DNA of 58,079 nucleotides, filler included, from Sphacelaria rigidula (lineage: Eukaryota), in NCBI GenBank assembly GCA_964200075.2. It is 4 parts of 4 records of this genome, joined end to end, with 100 filler letters (N's around TTAATTAATTAA, not from the genome) between each part and the next. Parts side by side here need not be neighbours in the genome. Positions count along the whole stretch, not along the records: positions 43,636 to 58,079 come from CAXNAA020002239.1; 3 more parts are not named here. One strand, given 5' to 3'. Within the stretch, counting starts at the first letter, position 1. Every line of letters starts with the position of its first letter. The position numbers and the translations under genes were made by a program. The notes under the pieces were generated by a model. The model saw only the letters and a program-made list of their open reading frames with translations. It searched no databases and had not been told where the DNA came from. Positions 50,001 through 58,079 of this stretch are shown one piece after another.

Positions 50001-51810
50001 CAAGGATGCGCTTCGCCCCCACTAGTGTTCAACATCTTCCGCGCAGCCCTGGTTCACGTGATACTACAACAGTTCGCGGCAGACTCAGCCATCATCACAG
50101 ACTTGATATATTTAGATGATACGCCAAAAGGTAATGATTGTGAAGTCCGGGAAGAGATGCTGCTGAAGAAGGTGCGGTGTGCGCGCGTCGCGGGCAATGC
50201 TGTATGTGGACGGCGCTGGAGTTGTGTCGAGGCCCGGTGACGGGCTTGCTAGTACGATGTCCGTGGTAGGGGTGACCTGTCAGGAGTTCGGATTGACGGT
50301 ATCGGGGGGCAAGAAAGAGTCCATGCGCCTGTGGTCAGTACCAGCTCCGCGGAGACCGCCCTGCACATCAGCGCGGCAGGCCAATGGTATAAGCAGACGG
50401 CAGAGCTTACCTACCTTTGTGATGCTGTCAGTCCGGATGCGAACATGTTCATCGAAATCAATTGCCGCATTTGCGCTTCGTGCACACGCCTCCGGCATGG
50501 TTCCCAATTCTATGGTCGGCCCAACGCCCAGCTATCTCTGAAACTCTGGCTGCTTGAAGCATGAGCGGTGGAAGCTATGCTGCACGGATGTGCTACATGG
50601 ACGCTACGTTCCGAGGACTTCAAGAGTCTGCGCGTTGCCCACCACAAGCTACTGCTGCGAATGATCGGATTCCCCAGGACAGAGCCAACCGACTCCAAGA
50701 CTCTTGCGTATAGAGATATGCTCAAGATGACCAACTGAGAACGTAGTAAAACGGCCACCCGCAAGCGATAACTCTGGTTCGTGGGGGGCCTTGTCCGGCA
50801 GGACAACACAGGTATTCCAAAACGTCATGCTCGGACGATCAGCTGCACAAGAGCCCATGGAGGATGGGCGCCCCCCGAAATATTGGGGGAACAACTACCA
50901 GAAGAAAATGCGAGCCCTGGGGGCCACTCCGCACAAAGGACCACGACGTAAATGGTCCGTCCATGGTGTAGAGGTTAACGAGGCACACGAGTGGGTCACT
51001 GCGGCGAACAAAAAGGGCAAATGGCATCGTGCAGTCGAGAAGGACTCGCGAGAGTTCGAGGACACTGATGGAAGGTACACGCGAATCGGACCTCCGCCAC
51101 AAGCGAGAGGCTGCTGCGTCGAGAGCTACCCATTGGAGAGCTGCTACCGCTAACACAACAACAGCCAAATCTCGCGAGGAATCCGTGATGAAAATGGCCG
51201 CGAGAATGTCACGATTTGTACCCGACTAGGGATGAGTGGCGGAAGCTGAATTCACACGGAAACTGATGTACCCTGTATTTTCCTATTGGTTGTTGACTTT
51301 GTCCTTCGTGGGTGCTCTTGCGGTGTTCCCTGGTTGTGCGTGTGTACCTGCTCTACTGTGTTCTTGGGTCTCATTGCTGCCGTTGTTTCCTTCCTCTTTG
51401 CTCCCTCCTTCTCTCCATCTGTCTCTCGTTCCTCCCCGATATGTGTGTCGCAGTTCAGTGTCTCGCTTTCGAAGGGCTCATGAGAGAGAGTTCAAACCCA
51501 ATAGAGTGTGGCGGAAATAGCTGAGCCGCAATCGGTTCCCTCGGCTTTTAATTTCTTTTGGTATTGTATAGATTTCTGCCTTTTGGTTTATAAGTGCATG
51601 CGCTTGTTTTTGCGCAAGACCTTGTTCAGTCTTATTCTCTGTCTCCTCAGTTCACTCTGTCTGTTCCCATCTTTCTGCTTCCTTCGCTTATTTTTTCACG
51701 AGCGAGCGTTTCCCTTTTATTTTACCTCGAGTATATCTATCTTGTTACCGCAGCTGGCTCCCCCGGGGATCAGTTAATGTGCGACAATCGATAATCAATC
51801 AATCACACAA
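47096..51810 (+). mobile_element. Apparently full-length but degenerate RTE-clade LINE (APE endonuclease + RT, long 3' UTR, (AATC)n tail)
   Basis: APE motifs VATYNVHTL, DIIGPQETRR, FVVAYAHTE, NATARTG, LVNTFF. RT motifs KATGLDGLPAELLK, NYRNISL, QKAFDTVD, GLRQGC..PLVFNIF, MLYVDGAG. Many stops and frameshifts. Candidate TSD ATAGTTAG at 47088-47095 and 51811-51818. Confidence 0.92.
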
Positions 51811-51938
51811 ATAGTTAGCATCGCCGTTCAACGCAGCAACACCTTGATATGACGCCTTAACCGTACCTCATATGTTCGGGAACCGCGAACACTCCACTAC
51901 TGCGAATGCTGCATCACAAGTGTGACCCTTCCCACAGA

Positions 51939-54900
51939 ATGGCTCGTACCGCTGTTCGTTCTGCTGCTACTGCTATTGTACGTTGGCTGCCTGTTGTGCC
52001 TACTGTAATCCATATCACCAAATCAGTCAATGGAAGGAATACCGATTGGGCGGACGTTGCGTAGCAAGCCGCATTGGCGAGGCTTGCAGGCCACCACCAC
52101 ATCGCCATCGAGCCTTGGCCTCGAGTCTCGGCACGAAGAGAAGCAGAACCCTGCATCAAGTAGCCCGGCGAGCGGTCGTGGAGAAGAATGGGCCTACCGC
52201 ACAGGTTTTGTGTGTGTTTGTGTATGAGGGGGGTGTTTGCATGTAGTCGAGATCCCGCCCACTCGCCCGATAAGCCTTGTTGAATTATATTTGTAATATC
52301 GCGATGGACGATATCATGGCCTTGAGCGTGGGATGGGCATCGTTCACATGATAGTATGCTGCAGAGGATGTGGATCGGCCCGCGAGGAATGTGTGCGAGG
52401 CGGGGGGAATGCTCTCCGCGCGCGCGTCTGTGTATCAACTCCCCCCTCGAAGGAGTCCCCGCTTGAATATCACGGGCCTTCTCGTGAGAGAAGAACACGC
52501 CGCGATGCAGTTGGATACAGGAAAACATACTCCCAAATTTATGTTGATATCACTTCGCTGTCGAAGGGCATTGCAACGCTATTCCGCGTGAGGTTATTGT
52601 AAAATCATCCTCATGCCCTCTTCTCGCACAACGAGATAAAGCTCGAAAAACTCACAGTCAAGCTCTTCCTGCCCATTGAAAAAATCTCACTTCTTGTACT
52701 GCGAGCAATCGACTCTCTTGATGAAACTCTGACGCGCCACTATGACCAGCGCGTGTGTACGACACGGTCCCAATTAAATAATCACAGACTGTACCTCTTG
52801 ACTTGGTCAAACTAAATCAACTACGGTTCGACCGTGCAACACATATTGCCAACTGCGGGGGAGGCTCCAGGGTTTAGGTTAGCGACCGATTACTCGAGTG
52901 CCGTATCCGTCGTTGTCCACGCCGTGAAAAACGTCCCTTCTGGTTCACGTATTTCCGTCGTTTAAGGGTCCAGATGCCGGTTTGGAGGATGCACGTGGAA
53001 GGATCACTGACGGTGACGACGAAGAGGGCGACGAGAGTGCTCTAGATTCCAAACATAAGGGTGGTTCATTGCTGGAGACGGAGAGGGCCCTGCGGGATGG
53101 GCTTGCCGCGTGGGAAGAATTGGGAGAAGGGCTGACCGGGGTACGTTTGTGTGTGGTCCGTCGCTGTTTATTTCTGACGGTGCAGGGTTGACCGATATGA
53201 CCAATACGACCAATGCTTCTATGAAATTGAAAGTGTAGGATACGATCGAGCGTGAGAAGTGATCATTTAATGAATTACATATTTTCAGTTCCGAAATACC
53301 CCTCCGCGTCTTATATAGCTTTTTGTAGAAGCTCGCCACTGAAAGGCTTTGATATCCCTGAGTAGGATATCGATGTGTACCTGTCAGCAGACGACAATGT
53401 TAGAGGCAAAGAAAAACATCCACAAAATAAAAAGATGTTCAACTTAGGCTTCATGATAAAACTCACTAGTGCCGGTCGTCCCGGTGGCTCAGTTGTTGAC
53501 CCCGAAAACTTCTGACGGTTGGGTCGTGGGTTCGAATCTCTCGAGTGACCTAGGATTTTTTATCACACAATGCCTAACAGTGGAGAGCGACTATGTCGTG
53601 GGTACACAAAATTGGATTCAACGGTCGACGAGGGAAAGGGATTGCTGACCTCCTCTCGCGATAAAATATAAAGGCAAGCACCGCAGAAGGAAGGTGGAAA
53701 ATTAAGATCAAATAAAAAGTAAAAACTACTGCGTTGACCTCCCTCCTGTGTGACCCCGGCTGGTGTGCCCACATATACCGAAAGGTGTAGACCGACGTCC
53801 AGAACGAATCGGATGACAATACACACACCCTCTCTCTCTCTCGATCAACGCAAGACTCTCTATCTCACGAAAGCACTGTTTACAGCAGGACGCACGACCG
53901 CCGCGCAGTGGTATACCAACAAGAGAACATGTTTATTCAAGACACAAAATGTTTTTATTGGACGTACCCACAACTCATGAGCACGGCAACACCCGAAAGG
54001 TACTGACACCTGCACAGCTATAGGATACTTCTCCCTCATGATTCTGCGTCGATATCCTGGTATCCCGATATCTTTCGCCACTCACCATTCGATGTGAGGT
54101 GAAGCAGATCACTTCGACACACACTCTCCCGTGTTTCCACTCAGCATCAACGAACTGACGAACCGCCGACAACACTACACTACTAGGAGCTGAAAGAGAA
54201 AACCTGGGCCCGTCGCGAAAACAAAATTTCCAGCCGCGTATTAACGCCGCAAACTGAACTACTGAGCAATCGGAAAATCAGAACCTGAATTCCCTCCTCA
54301 ACGTCACACGCATCGATCCTTAGTCGTTTGACCATTGACCACGCATCCCTTTCGAGACGGAGCACCGAGGGGGGGGGGGGGGGGGGGTCTTAGTCACAAA
54401 AGTGGCATGAACATCACTCACTGTCCAACGGCAAGCAGCGGCAGGTCAGCGGTGACATGAACACCACTCGAAGCCCAACGGCGAGCAGTGACACTCCAGC
54501 GGTTCCAGGGCAGGCATTGCCCAACAGCCGGGTCCTCAGCAGATTTCGAGGTCCAGTGAAGCAAAACGCTATTTTGCTGTAATGATTCTGGTACGCACTG
54601 CTCTGCTGTCTGTACATGTGATACTATAATACTCGGTACTGCGTAGTCACCCTTGTTGTGCTTTAGCTTGCCTCACCGTATCGACTTTCCTGCGATGCGG
54701 GTGCGGAGTGAACAACGTGGCTCCAGCGACTGTCTGCGTGCTAAGTTGACAGATAACGTGACTCTGGGATTATTCCCAGTCGTTTAGTAGAGAATAACTG
54801 TGCAGTGTATCGTGTGTTGGCTGCCAATCCCGAAAATCGGACCGGATGTGTGTGTGTTGTCACCCCATTTATTCTAGACGTCAGCTTACACCTTTCGGTA

Positions 54901-56289
54901 TATGTGGGCGCATGAGCCGTGTTGCAGTCCTCTATTTTGCTGTAATGACTCTGATGCTCTACTGCTGCTCTGCTGTCTGTACATGATTCATGCCATGTTG
55001 ACACCCCACTCTTGAAAACCACGCGGGTGCAAGCACCCGACAGTAAGATTACAGAGCGTTTCACAGCAATGCACCACGCTTGTTCGTCACACCATTGTAG
55101 ACATCACGTTTTTGTTCCAGCGCGTAAAAATTGCTGTGCATGGGTGTAGTGCGTCGTATCGGCAGTGTCTATGGGGTTTTGAGATTCTGTGGGTAGACAT
55201 AGAACTCGACCGTTAGTCACGGATCATGTTTTGCCCTGCTTCTGCGGGAAGATAGAGAGGGGGGACAGTTCTCTCCTCTTCAGTCCGAGCGTCTAGTGTA
55301 AAATCATGTTCCGAAAATGATCATTTTTTATTTGGATAAAGTATGGGAAAAGCGGACGCAAATATACTGATTTGGGTGTCCAGCGGCGAGACATTTACGT
55401 ACGCTAATAATAATTTGATGCGGCAGATCTGGGCTCCGCATGAACGCAACCTGCAATCACTCTGTGTCGAACACAGGTGCACAATGTGTACATCCAACTT
55501 GATTTATTTATTGATTGATTGTCGCACTTTAACTGACCCCCCAGGGGTCCAGCTGTGGTCTCATGATAGACGTACTCAAGAAAAACGGAATTCAAACACG
55601 CTCTAAGGAAAAACGTACATACACAATAATAGATGCGCAATATTTGACACCAGTCGCAGGCTTCAAATCCTGTTTTCGACTGCTCTCCCTTGTTTCCCAA
55701 GGACTTCAAGGCACCTCTCCGTATTGTATGCTTGGTCTGTTTCGACAATCATTGCAGTTGTCCCTCGTAGCACCGATATTTATATCAAGATATCAAACAA
55801 AAATCGAGTGTTCACTACTCGAGGACTGTCGAACTAGCTCACCTCCGAATGCCGAGGAAATGTTTTCCCAACTACTCAAGCGGCACTGTCCACTATACGT
55901 GGTAACAAAGTACATTGCAAAATGACAGTAATGAAGACCCGTTGACCTGCGCATCAATGGGCCGTCATACACCCTTCATCCCACGTCATTTACCGTTCTA
56001 CTAAAGAATGATCGGGCACCAGTTGGTATGTAACCCCGGACATGTTTACAAGGTGTACAGCTTCAGTACGTTGGTTCTGGGTTGCAAATTCTGAGTATCA
56101 TTCTTAACAAAAGGTCCGAGCTTGTACGTCGGAATACCGCCTCTCTACGCATACTTTCGGGAACGTTCCTCAGGAACGGATATCCTTCATTTCTGTGATT
56201 GTCCACTCCGTCGCCAGACTTTTGGCGTTTTCTTTTGATAGGGGCAGGCTCGCAAGTGTCCCCACCTCCCGCGACCCTTCACAATAGAA
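51939..56289 (+). CDS. Putative 5' exons of an unknown gene (51939-51977, 52090-52204, 52974-53140, 56242-56289)
   Basis: Canonical AG/GT boundaries with compatible phases; acidic exon DAGLEDARGRITDGDDEEGDE..; no recognisable domain; frame of the first two exons is ambiguous. Confidence 0.45.
53480..53828 (+). mobile_element. tRNA-derived SINE family 1 copy
   Basis: TGGCTCAGTTG.., GGTTCGAATCT, body colinear with ~29477-29815, (CA)n tail. Confidence 0.88.
54318..54387 (-). mobile_element. Type B C-tailed LINE 3' fragment next to a G19 run
   Basis: CCTTAGTCGTTTGACCATTGACCACGCATCCCTTTCGAGACGGAGCACC closely matches the reverse complement of ~31196-31243. Confidence 0.75.
54569..54985. repeat. 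~50-bp direct repeat (54569-54618, 54932-54985) flanking a SINE family 1 3' fragment (54838-54911, minus)
   Basis: CTATTTTGCTGTAATGA..CTGCTCTGCTGTCTGTACATG occurs twice; ACACCTTTCGGTATATGTGGGCGC is the inverted SINE tail region. Confidence 0.6.
55499..55612 (-). mobile_element. RTE-type LINE 3' stub
   Basis: TTGATTGATTGTCGCACTTTAACTGACCCCCCAGGGGTCCAGCTGTGG nearly identical to ~9839-9890. Confidence 0.75.
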
Positions 56290-56452
56290 GTAAGTCTTCA
56301 AGCGCAAGAACGAATACGAAACCAAGTCACAGGGGCCATTTCACAGCGACCCACGTGACTGTCTTGAAACCCGACGTTATCACACCTCCTGATGTCATTT
56401 TTCAAGCTCGATTTCGTCGAGCAGCAGGATTATTCATTGGCGAAGGATCAAG

Positions 56453-56500
56453 TTGATTGACGCACATGAACTGACCCCCCGAGAATTCCAGCTGTTGTCA
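56453..56500 (-). mobile_element. Diverged RTE-type LINE 3' stub
   Basis: TTGATTGACGCACATGAACTGACCCCCGAGAATTCCAGCTG. Confidence 0.5.
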
Positions 56501-58014
56501 TTATCAACAAGACAGACCTACCCAAGGTGAACGATACGGAAACATTCGCTGAAGGAAACTCTAGAAAGGATCAGGAAAGCAAAGGGCAAGGGCGTGCGCA
56601 TTTACCCGTACAGCACCGTCGGGCCAAGCACTCGCAACGGTGATGTGCACCCGACCAGACTATTGAGGTCATGTAAGGTGTCTGAATAATATAGATATTT
56701 TATTCAAGGTTTCCCTTCGGAAAGTTGGTACGGGCCTCCCGGGGGTGACGCAAGTCGAAAATATATTGTTGAGAAAAGCTACTGTTATACCTCAATGTAC
56801 AGCAGTGGTCGTGGCTGTACATAACATCGCACGTGTTATCGAATGTCGTTTGGAAATATGGGAATTCGGACGGAGGCCAACGGCGGAACCGCCGGCGTAG
56901 GACATGTGTGGTATACCCGAGGTGCCAGACGTGGGAACGCACTATACTGTCTGTAGTACACAGTATGCTGTACACATATTGGACCACACCCTATACTGTG
57001 TGTTAATTAGACTGCATAGATGTATTGATCCCAACTATTGTATTCTTCATGTGTACGACTGTACTTGTTGAGTGCCCCCAGGGACATCCCTGCATAGTTA
57101 CGTCACTGTTGCACTGCCTTGTATACGCCCACCAAAGCAGCGGGCTAACTCACAGGTATCAACCTGTGACCCACCGGCGCAGAGATCCTGTAATCCCTGT
57201 CAAGAGGACATCCCTTCGCCGGTACTTCACAAGTGCATCCTGTGGAGAAACTCTCTGTTACGGGTTGCATGATCACAGGGATGTCGGTACCGATCACAGG
57301 GATGTCGGCACCCCCCTGCGCTGGTCCTACACAGGTGACGCACAGTGGGCACGTTTGCCCACGTGTAAGCCTTGTTCAACTCGCCAACGGCTCATTGCAC
57401 GGTCTTGTGTTTGCTGGTGACTAAGGCCAAGGCAATTTTTATTTGTTCCCAGCTACTTTGCTCTCATGTTTTCGTAACATTGGCGACATAACCGGTGTGC
57501 TCTTCCCAAATGAAAACTCAACGTTTTAACCCTGGATTTGATCACCCAGTTTTACATTCATCAGGTACTAATCATATTCAATCGAATCCCCTCCCTTCAA
57601 AGGAGAGGAAGTCATGTAGTGCAGTTTCTCCCGAATCAGGAGCCAAAATATCTTCTGGTACGATAGACACTGCTGAACGAGAACGCGACAAACAGAAAAG
57701 CGGGGGGAAAATACCCCGCCAAAAGCAATCCTGTTAAGATATTCTACAGGCTTTTTTGCGGGTGGGATTCTTGTCTTAAGTTTTTCACGATGTTGAAAAG
57801 GCTTTTATGGTTCGGGATCGACACCGCGTTACAAAGAACCAGTTTGAGCGACTTTCGGTGGCCGGAACACGCGCCACAGGTATCAGATAACACCCAAACC
57901 TGAACGGTAATGCACCGCTGAGCCTTCTTAGTTTGCTGCAAAATAAAGCGTGGGAAAAAATGCCTTGCCGCCAGAGAAAACACGGCAAAAGTGGTGAAAA
58001 ATGTGAAATGATAT

Positions 58015-58079
58015 GTATGTGTTGTCGTCCCATCTATTCTGGACGCCGGTCTATACCTTTCGGTATATGTGGGCGCACC
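58015..58079 (-). mobile_element. 3' end of SINE family 1, cut by window end
   Basis: Closely matches the reverse complement of ~29757-29815. Confidence 0.8.

Noticed and set aside
57271-57312. 21-bp direct repeat GATCACAGGGATGTCGG(T/C)ACC as CRISPR-like
   Set aside because: Two adjacent copies with no spacer in eukaryotic DNA; a simple tandem duplication.

Overview
Eukaryotic, intron-rich, repeat-rich DNA of about 50% GC, most likely from a brown alga. That assignment is an inference from 5S-derived sequence, gene architecture and TTAGGG-like repeats. The window is not one locus. It is four contigs of 14,445/14,445/14,445/14,444 bp joined by artificial N44-TTAATTAATTAA-N44 spacers. Genes built by hand from splice sites and reading phase: a 7-exon fragment of a coiled-coil protein, a ~1,520-aa IQ-motif protein, the last exon of TFIIH p44 (GTF2H2/SSL1), a 10-exon UPF0652/DUF2009 gene, two partial unknown genes and an orphan PHD-finger ORF. 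Mobile DNA dominates: two degenerate LINEs, two tRNA-derived SINE families, several CA...TG MITEs with 8-bp TSDs and many LINE 3' stubs. Most notable: (1) an apparently full-length RTE LINE whose ORF starts with two tandem PAM2 (PABP-binding) motifs and has a structured 5' leader; (2) a LINE family ending in GAGTACAC(C)n rather than poly(A), which inserts into C/G tracts and stacks on itself; (3) a foldback made of two inverted 5S rRNA fragments.
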